Shown here one piece after another: positions 11,393-32,007 of a DNA stretch of 64,000 nucleotides. Both the position numbers and the translations under genes were made by a program. The DNA comes from Azolla caroliniana (lineage: Eukaryota; Plantae; Polypodiophyta), in the NCBI GenBank assembly GCA_043228905.1, contig JBHGNT010000004.1, positions 806,001-870,000 on the forward strand, in the 5' to 3' direction. The notes under the pieces were generated by a model, which was given only the letters and a program-made list of their open reading frames with translations, was not told where the DNA came from and searched no databases. The stretch's first letter is position 1, and each line of letters starts with the position of its first letter.

Positions 11393-14300
11393 GTCCGGCC
11401 AAAATAGGAGCCATTTGGTTGGACCATCCTAGTTATGTAGAGTCAGTACCTAGTTGTGGTTCCATTTCATCAAATCAAGTTAGTAGAGTTTTTTCTGCAC
11501 AAGTCGAGCTTAGCACATCTACAGGTCATCGCGCCCTAGCCTCTGCCCTCCTAGATTCCGGAGCCAATTCTTGTTTCATGGATCGCGAGTTTGCATTGAC
11601 TCAAAACATCATCTTGAAAAAACTCCCAAACCCAGTAGCTGTAGGAGTCATCGATGGTCGCCCTATAGCATCAGGAGATATAGTCGAAGAGTCTGAACCA
11701 ATTCGTGTAGTCCTAGGTAATTTGGCTAGTGTCATCTCATTTAACATCATTAGTAGTCCGGAGCACTCTCTAGTTCTTGGTCTTCCTTGGTTTGAGTTAC
11801 ATAACCCAACCATTGATTGGAGAAAAAGAACTATTGAAGAGGTCACCGTACAATCCAAGTCTCTTGAAGCTCCAACTAAGGATCTAGGATCCCCCACAAT
11901 TTCAACAATCTCTATACATCAATTACGAGAGGATGGAAGAAAGGAAGACATGATGGTATTTGCGGTTTTAGCAACTCCCTCATCTAGCTCACAAGAATTG
12001 GGGGTCCAACTACCAAAGAAGCACATAGAATTCTCCGATGTGTTCGATAAGGTGAAGGCTAATAGACTACCAGAGCATCGACCATATGATTGCCCAATTG
12101 ATTTGCAGCCAGGAAAAGAGCCTCCATGGGGACCAATTTATAATCTTTCGCCCACGGAGTTAGAGGTTCTTCGAGAATATATCAATGAGAACTTGGCAAA
12201 TGGTTTTATCCAACATTCAAAATCTCCTGCTGGTGCACCCATCTTTTTCGTTAAGAAGAAAGATGGTACGCTTCGTATGGTCGTGGATTATCGAGGCTTG
12301 AATAAAGTGACCGTTAGAAACCGATATGCTCTCCCATTGATCTCAAGCCTTCTAGAACGCCTCAGTGAAGCAAAGTATTTCACGAAGTTAGATCTTCGAG
12401 GTGCCTACAACCTTGTTCGAATTCGTCCTGGGGATGAATGGAAGACGGCGTTCCGCACTCGCTATGGTCATTTTGAGTACACAGTGATGCCTTTTGGCCT
12501 CACGAATGCACCAACAGTCTTCCAACATATGGCGAATGATATTTTTCGAGACTTCCTCGATATCTTCATCATTGTTTACCTGGATGATATCTTGATCTAC
12601 TCAAAAACTCAAGAAGAACATGATATACATGTTCGCCAAGTTTTGCAACGGCTACGAGAGTATGGTCTCTATGCAAAATTGGAGAAGTGTAGTTTCGACC
12701 AACGTCAAGTGGAGTTTTTGGGGTACATAGTCTCTTCAAATGGCATCTCTATGGATCCATCAAAGGTTCAAACAATTTTGGATTGGCAAACACCACAGTC
12801 CGTGCGAGATGTGCAATGTTTTTTGGGGTTCGCAAACTTTTATCGCAAGTTCATCAAAGACTATTCAAAAATTGTGTTGCCCCTCACTCAACTGACGCAC
12901 AAGAATCGATCATTTGTATGGAGTATAGATGCGAACTCTGCATTTGAGGGTTTAAAGCAAGCATTTACATCCGCACCAATCTTAATCCATGTCGATCCAA
13001 TGAGGCGCTTTATACTTGAAGCTGATGCATCGGATTTCGCACTCGGAAGTGTACTATCCCAAATTGGTGATGATGGTGAACTGCACCCGGTGGCTTTTCA
13101 CTCACGAAAATTTGAAGCCGCAGAAATCAACTATGAGATTCACGACAAAGAGCTTCTTGCCATTGTGGATTCTTTTCAACAATGGCGTCATTTTCTGGAG
13201 GGTTCTTCTCAGCAGATTATTGTCTACAATGATCATAAAAATCTAACATACTTTCAAAGTGCTCGAGTCTTGAATCGACGACAAGCTCGTTGGGCGCAGT
13301 TCTTAACTCGTTTCGATTTTGTAATTCTATATCGCCCTGGGATGCAACAAGGAAAAGCAGATGCTTTATCTAGACGTTCGTATATGGAACTTCAACCTGG
13401 AGAGGCCGCATTTGAAAGCCAAAAGCAAATCCTCTTAGGTCCTGATCGTCTACGAATAATGGCAATGCATACCATCAACACACCGGGAGATTCAAGGCTT
13501 CTTGATTCCATTCGTGAGCAGATTGCGACTGATGCATTCGCCCAAGAGGTTTTGAGCCATATTATCCCAAATCGTGCATCTAGCTCCCAAACTCAAAATC
13601 CTCGTCTAGACTACACCCAGTTTAGTTGGCATGATGGGTTACTTTTTCGACAAACTCTCTTGTATGTGCCTGACGGTCCTTCTCGACTCAAAGTCATGCA
13701 ACAATGTCATGACACACCAATGGCGGGACACGTCGGCATCCACAAGACTTTTGAGTTGATTTCTCGCCGATATTGGTGGCCACGGCTTCGCCATTTTGTT
13801 ACGGATTATGTTCGTAGCTGTGATACATGTTGCCGATCAAAAAAGCCTCGACATCATCCATATGGCTTATTACAGCCAATGCCTATTCCGGAGAGCCCAT
13901 GGAAATCTATTTCCTTGGACTTTATTACGGATCTTCCACCTTCCAAGGGATTTGATTCGATTCTCACTGTTGTCGATCGTTTTACGAAGATGGCACATTT
14001 CCTTCCATGCACAAAGACCATTACTAGTCAAGAGACAGCTGATTTACTCATGCGGGAGGTGTTTCGCCATCATGGTCTTCCGGATGATATTATCAGTGAT
14101 CGGGGTCCCCAATTCATCTCGAAATTTTGGCGGCACATGTTCAGACTCTTACATACTTCTTGTAAACTCTCTTCCGGCTACCATCCAGAGACTAATGGGC
14201 AGAGTGAGCGCACCAACCAAACAGTCGAGCAATATCTACGTTGTTTTGTCAACTATCAACAAGATGATTGGGTGGATTTACTACCTTTGGCAGAATTTGC

Positions 14301-15024
14301 TTATAACAACTCCGAGCATTCTTCTACTGGATATTCCCCATTTTTTGCAAACATTGGGTACCATCCTCGTTGGACGATGCTTGAACATCCTGAACTCCCA
14401 AAAAACCCAGCTGCTGAAGATCGGCTCACTCGACTCCAAGAAGTTCAGGATATGCTTTTGCATCATTTATGTGAAGCCCAAAACACTCAAAAGAAGATTG
14501 CTGACCGTCATCGGCGTGATTCATCGACTACATTTCAAGTAGGCGATCGTGTATGGCTCTTACAAGGTAGCATTAAAACGACCCGACCTTGCTACAAATT
14601 GGATTATCAACGTTTTGGCCCATATGTCATAAGTGGTAAGATCAATGATGTGACATTTCGTCTTGATCTTCCTCCTCATATGCGTCTTCACCCGGTCTTC
14701 CATGTTTCACTTTTGGAGCCTTACACAACGAGCTCTATTCCGGGTCGTGTTACACCTCCCCCACCTCCAATTGACGTTTCCAATGGCTCTGAATATGAGG
14801 TTGCCGCTATCCTCGACTCCAAGATCATTCGCAACAAACTATACTACTTGGTTGATTGGTTAGGCTATACACCTAATGATCGAACATGGGAGCCTGCCAA
14901 ACATCTTGCCAATGCCTCCGACATGGTTGTTGCATTTCACAACCAATATCCTCATAAACCAAGTCTGAACTCTTTTCTTCCGACTCGTGCAACTCGTCAT
15001 CGAAAAGGGGGGATAATGTCATGA
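11380..15024 (+). CDS. pol of B (protease, RT, RNase H, integrase, chromodomain), intact, in the -1 frame relative to gag
   Basis: LLDSGA, YLDD, LEADAS, HHCC zinc finger, DDE core, GPY and YEVAAILDSK..YLVDWLGY..TWEP chromodomain; frame open from 11356. Confidence 0.95.
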   Translation, partial: VKRISPAKIGAIWLDHPSYVESVPSCGSISSNQVSRVFSAQVELSTSTGHRALASALLDSGANSCFMDREFALTQNIILKKLPNPVAVGVIDGRPIASGDIVEESEPIRVVLGNLASVISFNIISSPEHSLVLGLPWFELHNPTIDWRKRTIEEVTVQSKSLEAPTKDLGSPTISTISIHQLREDGRKEDMMVFAVLATPSSSSQELGVQLPKKHIEFSDVFDKVKANRLPEHRPYDCPIDLQPGKEPPWGPIYNLSPTELEVLREYINENLANGFIQHSKSPAGAPIFFVKKKDGTLRMVVDYRGLNKVTVRNRYALPLISSLLERLSEAKYFTKLDLRGAYNLVRIRPGDEWKTAFRTRYGHFEYTVMPFGLTNAPTVFQHMANDIFRDFLDIFIIVYLDDILIYSKTQEEHDIHVRQVLQRLREYGLYAKLEKCSFDQRQVEFLGYIVSSNGISMDPSKVQTILDWQTPQSVRDVQCFLGFANFYRKFIKDYSKIVLPLTQLTHKNRSFVWSIDANSAFEGLKQAFTSAPILIHVDPMRRFILEADASDFALGSVLSQIGDDGELHPVAFHSRKFEAAEINYEIHDKELLAIVDSFQQWRHFLEGSSQQIIVYNDHKNLTYFQSARVLNRRQARWAQFLTRFDFVILYRPGMQQGKADALSRRSYMELQPGEAAFESQKQILLGPDRLRIMAMHTINTPGDSRLLDSIREQIATDAFAQEVLSHIIPNRASSSQTQNPRLDYTQFSWHDGLLFRQTLLYVPDGPSRLKVMQQCHDTPMAGHVGIHKTFELISRRYWWPRLRHFVTDYVRSCDTCCRSKKPRHHPYGLLQPMPIPESPWKSISLDFITDLPPSKGFDSILTVVDRFTKMAHFLPCTKTITSQETADLLMREVFRHHGLPDDIISDRGPQFISKFWRHMFRLLHTSCKLSSGYHPETNGQSERTNQTVEQYLRCFVNYQQDDWVDLLPLAEFAYNNSEHSSTGYSPFFANIGYHPRWTMLEHPELPKNPAAEDRLTRLQEVQDMLLHHLCEAQNTQKKIADRHRRDSSTTFQVGDRVWLLQGSIKTTRPCYKLDYQRFGPYVISGKINDVTFRLDLPPHMRLHPVFHVSLLEPYTTSSIPGRVTPPPPPIDVSNGSEYEVAAILDSKIIRNKLYYLVDWLGYTPNDRTWEPAKHLANASDMVVAFHNQYPHKPSLNSFLPTRATRHRKGGIMS

Positions 15025-15570
15025 AGACATACATCTTGGCTTATCATGACATTCATCTTGGCGAACCAGGAATCGAACCCATAACCTCTTGGTTTACATA
15101 TTGTACTTTAACCATTGTAATAACATATGTGAGATGTAATCATAATAATTATATGTTTAGTTATTACGAGATATTTAGAACATTCTAGATTATTCTAGAA
15201 TGTTCTTGAATATTTCATGATTATATTTATTATTATTATTATTCATAAATATCTAAAATATTCTAGAACATTCTAGAATACTCCATAAGGGCCTATAAAT
15301 AAGAGTCCATACACTCATCACAACTCATTCGGTTCAACACCAGTCTTTAGCCCTTAGCCTACTCCTTGTAATCTTCTTTCTCATAATATAATCGCATTCC
15401 CATTTCTTATCTCTCACTTATACTTTTCTCTCTCTCGCACTCTCTCCCTCTTTCACTCTCTTTCTATCACTATCGCTATCTCTACCGCTCTCGCCATCTC
15501 TATCGTTATCGTTATCTCTATCGCCATCGCTCTCTCTCTCTGCTTCCTACTCAAGAGTCACGACAGTTGG

Positions 15571-16175
15571 GAGTCAGATAGCGTACAAGCTTCGATGCAT
15601 TGGGCAATGAGGATCGCATCGTTGAAGGTCTTGGGACCTTGGTCCTGGGCACGACGAGTGATGTTAGGGTGCAGACGGGGCCATAAGAAGAAAAGCTTGA
15701 CATGCTGGGGCATGGTTGGATCGGCACGGACGAGGAGCTGATTTAGGCGAACACCAAATTGGCCTACTGGTTCATGCGCTTGCTGGTGCAACGTCTCGAG
15801 TTGTTGCAATGCCATCTGGGCTGAATTTTGATGGGCGAAGTTTTGCACCAGGAGATCCTAGAGGATCACCCAGTTCTCCGTCACTTCGTTGGCTTGTTGT
15901 ATGTACCAAGTGGCGGCGACATTTTCGAGCAAGGTGTGAACTTCCAAAGCCTTGCGCTCGTCAGACCATTTGTGGTAACTTGAGATCATCTCAAAGTGAT
16001 CCAACCATGCTAAGACGTCCTCATAGGGTATACCGGAGAAGGACTTTGGGGGAACCTTGGAATCTGGCCGATCTGGAGACTGATCGTTGGTAGCAGAGAG
16101 GAAGGAGAGCATAGCTTGGTTCGTGTGGCTGATTTGAAGCATGGCGTTGGAGAGGACTTGCAGGAATTGCTCCAT
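15571..16175 (-). pseudogene. N-terminal part of element A gag
   Basis: ORFs 15858-16175 and 15558-15848 are gag-like (FSGIPYEDVLAWLDHF, LFFLWPRL) and homologous to G gag at 42.7 kb. Confidence 0.85.
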
Positions 16176-16293
16176 TTGGAAGGGGGTGGCCGCTCAGGAG
16201 GTTGTGGGAACTCAGATTGCATAGGGGTATCGACTTCGACGACGACGAGAGGGAATTGGGACACCATGAACGAGGTGATAGTGGCTAAAAATT

Positions 16294-16311
16294 TACCCCG
16301 CTTCTCCACCA
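16294..16311 (-). promoter_or_regulatory. PBS of A, complementary to the tRNA-Ala 3' end
   Basis: Minus strand reads TGGTGGAGAAGCGGGGTA, 4 nt inside the 5' LTR; as recalled, plant tRNA-Ala ends TACCCCGCATCTCCACCA (one mismatch). Confidence 0.85.
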
Positions 16312-16315
16312 ATTA

Positions 16316-16584
16316 TGTGAAATGCACATAAATGGAATCCAAACCAGCTTGCTTAGCTTCTTACTTCCTATTCAATTTATAGTTGTACAAAGGTACCCAT
16401 TTGGGCTGGCTTTACTTAGCTACATGCATCCTAACAAGGGTATGCTAAAAGGGTGGCTCAACGGAACACATGTACACCATAGCATGAAGGCATGCATGCT
16501 AAACAAGGGTATGCTAAAAGGGGCAGAAAGGAACACATGCACACCCAACATGAAGGCATGCACTTGCATCCAAGGGACACCACA
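16316..16584 (-). repeat. 5' LTR of element A
   Basis: Copy of 5547-5815, adjacent to the PBS. Confidence 0.93.
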
Positions 16585-16604
16585 ATACGTATACATAATA
16601 CATA

Positions 16605-16720
16605 GTATGTATGTATGTAACTATGCATAGCATATTTGTATGTATGTATAGTATGTGTAGTATATTTGTATATACGTATCCGTATGTATGTATGTATGTA
16701 TAATGTATGTATGTATATGT
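16605..16720. repeat. Degenerate (TATG)n microsatellite
   Basis: Runs of gtatgtatgtat. Confidence 0.8.
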
Positions 16721-16772
16721 ACGTATCCGAGCTTTAGAATCGAATTGCTACCTTAAAGTCGCTGCGCGAGCG

Positions 16773-18530
16773 ATGGGTTCCGATCCTGCAGAGTAAGTCA
16801 CAGGCCGTCTCCCCCCTGCAAGAGTCTGTTTTTGTAATGCTGAGGATCAAATTCTAAGACCCCTCTTGTTTCTGGCCTTCGGCAGGAATAGCCGCAGGAG
16901 AGAACCCAAGAAGCCCCCTTTCAAGTTCTTGGTGCCCTTGATCTATGCTCCAGTTCTGCCCCTCAGTGAGTGCCACAAACTATACCACAATAGATCATTT
17001 TTCCATGTCTTATATCTGTCCGTATGTCTATTTTTCGATTTTGTTGGTTTGCCTTCTCTCTTTTTCTTTTCGAATAATGGGAAGCTCTATTTATCTCGAA
17101 GAGTAAGGTTATGGCTGTTACGAGAATATGTGTACCCGACATCACAAGACAAAACTGAACTATGAAACTGAATAAGTTGCAACTTGCATCTAACAGATGT
17201 GCTGTAATATTTAATAACAGGAAAATAAAGGAAAATATACCCATGCATTGGGTAGATAGACTAATCATGAGACTGTTGCCGCATATATTGGTGAGAGGCT
17301 GATGTTATTAATAATGTGCATTGAGATGTATAGGAGTATGGGGCACAAGGCAAATGATTTCACAAGTCCCACATGGTTCTCTCGGGAATTACATGAATAT
17401 CTTCCTAGAGCCTAACCTACCACAAATGTTGGCACATGATAGTGCTACTGATGCAATTGACGCATATAATGTGAAAGCCGTGCATCCAAGGGTATCGAGA
17501 GCAACCCGATTGGATGATTGCAAGTTCTGTTGATCCACTTACTCTGTTCTGGAATCAGGTTTTGTCCTTGATCATTGGAATTGAAATTTCTGCCCCCTGG
17601 AATTATCCATCATTGGGTGATTCATTACCAATGCTGCATGATGATGGCTTTGATCTTGTGAAGATATGCATGTCAAAGTCGTGGTCTGTTTGGTGTTGAT
17701 GGCATCCATGGAAGAGAGTAATGGACCTAGTTGTTGTGACTTCTATGAGTGATGAATCCACTTTCGTCGGGAGGTTTTGCTTGTACACCATGGGAGAGTG
17801 TCCCTCGCGGTATCCGTGCAGAATAAATCTGTCAAAGTTTTCTCTGCCTTGCTAGATCAGTGAGTATCAACTTTTCCCACCAGAAGCTCCTTGTCTTCCT
17901 CCCTCTCTTTATATCACTTTACATTGGTTAAAGATTGATATTACCAGACATGCATGCAAAGCTATGGAATACTGGATTTTCTAATTGTGCCATCAGGATG
18001 TGGAATAACAGTAACACTATGTTTGCCATCTCATTTCTTTTTTTATGACATAAGGGGGAGATATCACGACCTTTATGAACAAGGTTTTTTTCCACTCTGC
18101 AAGGTAATTTAACACAATGAGCAACAATGTTTGGACCTGTGCTTGGAACCCATCTGAGCTAGGTTGTGATACTATGTCATAGGGATGTAGACTTTGGGTC
18201 ATCTTACATTCTTTTCTCTGTTATCAAATAATAAAAATGTAATAATTGCTCACTGCTGATTATAGCATCTAAACAAATTCAATTTTTTCTCTTAACAGTT
18301 AGAATTGGACTGAGGCACAAACCAGTTCTCAGGGACCGTGCTTTCACAATTGTACTAGGTGCAGCTTTGGCACATGGAGTTTACTTGGTGTATCCACTTA
18401 TGTTTGTGGGTTTTTTAACATTTAAATGTTTGACTGATTGATCTTTTGTGAATAAATGGGCAATAATGTAGAAGTTTTATCTTAATATCTATGCCGCAGA
18501 ACCGATCTCTATGATGTAGAGAGCAAATAG
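16773..18530 (+). CDS. Small uncharacterised 73-aa hydrophobic protein, 4 exons (16773-16792, 16886-16965, 18299-18389, 18500-18530)
   Basis: GT-AG joins give MGSDPAENSRRREPKKPPFKFLVPLIYAPVLPLIRIGLRHKPVLRDRAFTIVLGAALAHGVYLVTDLYDVESK; resembles a small protein family I recall from angiosperms. Confidence 0.85.
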
Positions 18531-20094
18531 AAAGGTGCGAAGTCAGGTCACAGAATCTATTCATAATTCAAATTCAATGGATCTCATGGACAACCTCTTG
18601 AGAAACAAAATTTTCTATTTAGCATTCATACAGAGGCTCTTTTATTAGGTCTTCAGCGTCTAGTCATATTATGGTTAAGAGATATCCCGCAAATAGAATG
18701 CCTTGTATTCAAGATAATAAGAAGGGCAATTGGTGTCATCACAAATGTGTCTAAAAACAATCAAGTTTCAATCCGTTCATTTTGACTGATTGGTGTCTTT
18801 AATCAACTGTTTGCGTAGCTTGATATGTGTTTTGTACATCTACTTTTAATATCGTTTTATTTATATACACACTGTACATGAAAGACAATGTATCTATGAT
18901 CTCATTACAGGGGTAGATATATAGATATGTTTTTAATGTCCATAGGCGACTGATTTCGATCTATGGGATAAGACGGAGCACATGGTAGGGATCAAAATTG
19001 GTTTCCCCCATCATTATGCTACTGTGTAAGAAGATTAAAAAGAACAAAGTGATTGTGTAAGAGAGGTGATAACAATATCCTTAACACTAACAAGAAAAAT
19101 TTAATCATTTCCATAATTTGCTGTCAAGACAAAGTGGAACCTTGATAGTTTCAGCATATAATTTGGGATAAGTTTCATTACCATTGAAAATAGCTTTCAA
19201 ATTCTCATGTGAATCTCAAATCACATTTATCTCACTTTCATTTTTCATGCATGGACATTTGAATTCACACTTAATAGCACAATTGTCAAGGTAAGCACAA
19301 ATGTAGTGATATAAACATTCCCTACAACTTGTTTCATAGATGCCTATAAAAATGGTGGGCACATACAAGTGAACTTCCATAGGTTCCACGCATTGTTTAT
19401 ATGCCTAATAGGTTACATTCTTGGCTAGACACCTAATCATCAATGGTGATTTATAGTTTAATGAGGAAATTTGTCAATGTTTTCACTATAATTATGGGAA
19501 TTTACCACAAAGTGGCAAAAAATTGATATTGAGCAAATCATCATTCCTTTCTTGCCAAAGGAATTCATTACCCTTTTGCATATTCAAGAATAAGGAGCCT
19601 GTAGTAAACTTGGTAACCTATGTCAATGTTTTCCATGAAGAAAGATAGCTAACCCACAACTCATTACAAAATCAACTGGTAGCCACTATTAATTAGCTTG
19701 TGATGAAACAATAATTTCTTCTTGGCAAAAACTCAGAACCCTCCATAAATTACAATGTGGTAATCTTGTTAGTGTTTTTTTGTTTGTTGTGGCATTGAAA
19801 TACCCCGAAGGGCTCATGTAAGAACTAGATGATGTTTTGCCGAAGAAAAATCGTGTCTCTTAAGGACCCACACGCACACGCTCATGCTCATGCTCATGCT
19901 TTTGATGTGGCCAATGTCTTTAATTCAATGATGTGATCATATGTGTGAACACACAGACACACATAATCATCATCATCATCATCATCATCACATTCGTCGC
20001 AGAGTCCATTGTGAGAGGGAAACAGAGCACAGCACAACTCAGGCCAGGCCAGGCCAATCAAGACAAGGCACGGCACGGCGCACCACAGCCAGGA

Positions 20095-21515
20095 ATGGCA
20101 GAAAATTCTGCAGACGCGGACTTCGATCCGGACTCCTTTGTAATTTCTCTCTCTCTCTCTCTCTCTCATGCATCGCTGACCTAAGCATTTTCTCAGAATT
20201 TCAGTTTATATTAGATGCGTTTGGCTTGGATCACAACATGGGTTTTTGCAGATTGATTGATTGAATTTGAATCTGTAAAATCGAAAGTGGATATATCTTT
20301 CATAATAATCTTTTGAGCTACATCTAGGCTTTTCCTTATCCGTGGATTTTTATATCTTGGATTCATTGCTCATGTATTTTTCATGTTGAATAACATATTT
20401 CCCCCATATAAAGTCGCTGTCTTAGCATGCAATTACATGTGTTTCTCGTCCTCCTCCTCCCACCTACTTACTGCGTTCCCTTGAGCCTTGAGTCTTGGCC
20501 ATGGCAGCGACCTTCATGGCATCGTTCATCCTCATGTTTTGTTTAGTGAGTGAGCGGTTCTTATGCATTCACATTTTTGTAATACATTTCGTTATATGTG
20601 GGGATACTTGATGCAAGGTGTAAACACAAAAAAACTGAATTCAAAAAGAGAGATTCAACGCTTGAGGTGAGATTCTTGAAGGAAAAGAGGCACAGGAACC
20701 AAGTGTGTTTAAGAGCCTTAAGGATGGTTAACCATTATCCATGTAGGCCAGGCCTAAAATGCATGCCCAATCCTCCATGTTTTATTTATTTAATTTTGGT
20801 TTTCAGGAGATTTCAAAACGCCTCCATGTCAATGTTGATCTTAACTTTCTCAGTTGTACATCTTCATTCTGGGCAATAGGACATCTGCTATGTATGTGGT
20901 TGTAATTTAGGTAGAGCCATCGACATAGTTGCACTCTGATGAATACGTTCAAGCCCTGTGGAATTTACTTGATAAGCATTTCTCCCTTGCCCCTTGCCAT
21001 TGATGTGACAAATACACATCTCATGTGAAGATGGAGAATTCTCAACATCTAGCCTTTAATAAAGGATGCTTTCCACAATAACCTGTTGATGTCATGGACA
21101 ACCAAAAATTTCTCCAGTCATATGTTTAGAGAGAGTTTTATTTGGTGTACGCAAACCATACCCTTAAATCTTTTTGATTTAATTTTTCAGATCATGCAGT
21201 TCAAGATCTGTCTTTCCTTTAGAATCGTAATTCCTTAAAAGAAGACAATTTTTTGATCTTTTCAACTAAATTATTAATTTGATCCATGGACAGGAGTTCG
21301 TAAATGGGAAGGAAATGATAGCTAGTAGTGGCTTCAATCCTGCTCTTATTGTACTTCTGGTGGTAATCACTGTAGTATTGGTATTCATTGTGGGCAACTA
21401 TGCACTCTACATGTATGCAAAGAAAACACTGCCCCCTAAAAAGAAGAAGCCGATCTCAAAGAAAAAGATCAAAAGGGAGAGATTGAAGCGTGGAGTTGCG
21501 CCAGCAGGAGAATAG
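20095..21515 (+). CDS. S1FA: S1FA-family small DNA-binding protein, 2 exons (20095-20139, 21294-21515)
   Basis: [53 protein letters not shown] is the S1FA signature; phase-0 GT-AG intron. Confidence 0.92.
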
Positions 21516-23204
21516 AGTTTTACACTATCCAGGACTTTAATTTCCTTTTTGTTGTTCTCCTTTATCAAGCTTTAGAACATGAACTTTTGTGTACAAGGAA
21601 TATATTGTAGAGATTGAAGTTGTATCTCACGAAAATACAGAACATAGTATGATTTTCAAAGAGAAGTCAAGAATTTTATTACACCTGATTCTGACTTTTA
21701 TGTTGGTTTGTTTCATTCTCATTTCATCACATGCTAGTAATTTTATTTATAGAGATCTCGACGTCATGGTTTATTTGCCTTATATCAGGACCATGACAGA
21801 CAAATGTAAGATTTTGAAACCGGCTAACAAGCCAGATGAATGTGAGAATTTGAAACTAATTTTTTATCTGTTGAATCAACAGATAGGAAAGTGGAAACTG
21901 TAGTTACATTTAACTGACTACTAGGTCTTCCACGCTGATGATATTAATTACTACACATATCAATTGAAATAAGGGAGGTCAGAAGTTGCCAAGAAAATAT
22001 GGGAGAAATCCCTGAGTTTCAGCCTTTTGGCAAGACCAGTACACATTGACCATAACAATGAATTCTGTATTATATGAATGTTTGTATCTTTCTTGTTTGT
22101 TTAAGAATTGATTCCTTGGCATTAGAAAGGAAAACCTTACACGATTAATTTTGTTAGAGAAAGATTATCTATGCTTAGATAGAAGCATGGATTGAAACAT
22201 GCATAAGTTGAAGTCAACCTTTTCAATTAAGTACCTTGTCTGTTAGGCCGGCATTCCATCTTTTTAGAATATTTTGCATTGGTAGAATTTTGAGTCCAGC
22301 TCCTTCGTATCTTTATATGATCATGCAAATACATTTTTGCACCTGTTTGTTCTTGTCTGATCATTACGATCTGCCATTCTGTTAGTCTGTTAGACTGAAT
22401 ATGCACTTCCTCTAATTCCTTTACTTGGTTTAATTTGGAGCTTCTCATTCTAGAACTAGCGTGGTAAGGTTCAATGACATGGCCAACAATAAATGGAACA
22501 TATTTCCATGGATTATGTTAGTGGTGTACTAAAGATTCAATGGGACAACATTGACATATGATGGCTTTAAAACAAGGAAATGTGTAGGACAATGACTGAA
22601 CATAGAGAAATTGATTATATTTACTTTCTCTAGTTCTTAAAAAATCCCTGAACTAGTGAGTCCATATTTTTCCAGGCCCCACATAGCTCATGGAAAGATG
22701 GGGTGCATCATCTCAATCTCAACTACTTTGTGAAGAAGCTTGTTAAATAGGCATATAGCAAACTGTCCCCACAACACAATTGGCTAATCAATTGGTTCAT
22801 CAATGATCTCTATCAATCTTAAATTACACATGAAATTGAGACACAAAGTTCCTTGGTCAAATTTGATCTAAAACTAGGTTTTCAGGCTCAATTCTTTTGA
22901 TTGTCCATAGTTCAACGGAAAATTGGATGTTAATCAAGTATTAGAATTACTTATTTCAGTAAGGCTCCCTCAAATGAGCATACTTGCCAACTCCAGCGAA
23001 AGAATTGCTTTTGTGATCTGATTTCTATCTAACGCAATGATCTTGGATATGTTCTTCATATTGTGATTGCATGACATTTTCATGCACACAGAACTAGAAA
23101 GATTTGCATAACTAAAGACCAATTCTTGACTTTTGAAATTTTAAAGTAATAGTTTATGGATGCCAAAGATAGCCCAGTGAATGGACATTTCTCTCATTCC
23201 ATTA

Positions 23205-23412
23205 ACCACATGTTGATCTCCCTTTACTGCATAGGCCCCTCATTATCATTGCTTATTGACCATTATCTCTTGTACCATTAAGAACACATGTTGATCTCGC
23301 TTTACTGCTTAGGCCCCTCACTATAATTGCTTATTGACCATTATCTCTTGTACCATTAAGATGTTGATCTCACTTTACTGCATAGGACCCTCATCATCAT
23401 TGCTTATTGATG
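23205..23412. repeat. About 2.7 tandem copies of a 72-79-bp unit
   Basis: atgttgatctcNctttactgc.taggNccctca...attgcttattga at ~23210, 23288 and 23361. Confidence 0.85.
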
Positions 23413-24039
23413 ATCTTGCAGGTTCCTTTAGCCTGGATTAAAAACTCATAAAAGATGGCGTAACAATACTGGACAATAATCATCATATAATCGTTGAATC
23501 ACATGTGGAGAAAACTTAAACCGACTATGGTTGGGCTGGAATTTGAAGACCACATGTTACCATAGCCATTATGTCACAGTTAATTTCAATATCACAATGC
23601 AAGAACTTTTACAAATGTAAGGACTTCTTTAAAAATTAGCAATAAAAGCAGCCTATAACAATTACATATATTAAAGATCTAGACAATATAATTATTTGGC
23701 ATAAAATATCGCATTTATTTGATCACATAAATTAAAGACTGCTTTTTCATTAGGAATGAACAAGGAAAATCTATTACCTTAGGGCTAAGACAGGTATATA
23801 TAAGCAACATTTATATATGTGATGTATGACAAAGACCAGCGTATAAACGCCCAAAACATAATTCATACACAATCCCAATTTTAGTGAGCGAAATAAAATT
23901 CTGATTCTCGTAATTTTAGTAATGCTACTTATTGCACAGTCTAATGTCTTTGATCAACCAGCTCTATGAACAAAGAATCACTCGTGTAAACTAGCATAAA
24001 ACTAAAGAATGGCAGACTTCATGACAAAAACAATAATCT

Positions 24040-32007
<7,968 letters not shown>

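Larger units (their letters stand above)
9330..15565 (+). mobile_element. Element B: full-length chromovirus (Tcn1-like Ty3/gypsy) nested in the gag of A
   Basis: 549-bp LTRs 9330-9878 and 15017-15565 (TGTCATGA..TCACGACA, no difference found by eye); 5-bp TSD GTTGG at 9325-9329 and 15566-15570; PPT aaaagggggg at ~15003-15012. Confidence 0.97.
5547..16584 (-). mobile_element. Element A: degenerate Ty3/gypsy LTR retrotransposon without chromodomain, tRNA-Ala primed, interrupted by element B
   Basis: 269-bp TG..CA LTRs at 5547-5815 and 16316-16584; PPT next to the left LTR (ttccccccct on +); minus-strand gag, RT (YLDD), RNase H (LQTDAS) and integrase (HDHPLSG, YHPQTNG, GPF) broken by stops and frameshifts; flanks atat/atac. 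Confidence 0.93.

Noticed and set aside
19894-20264. His-, Ile- or Asp-run ORFs near S1FA
   Set aside because: Artefacts of (CAT)n and (CT)n microsatellites around exon 1
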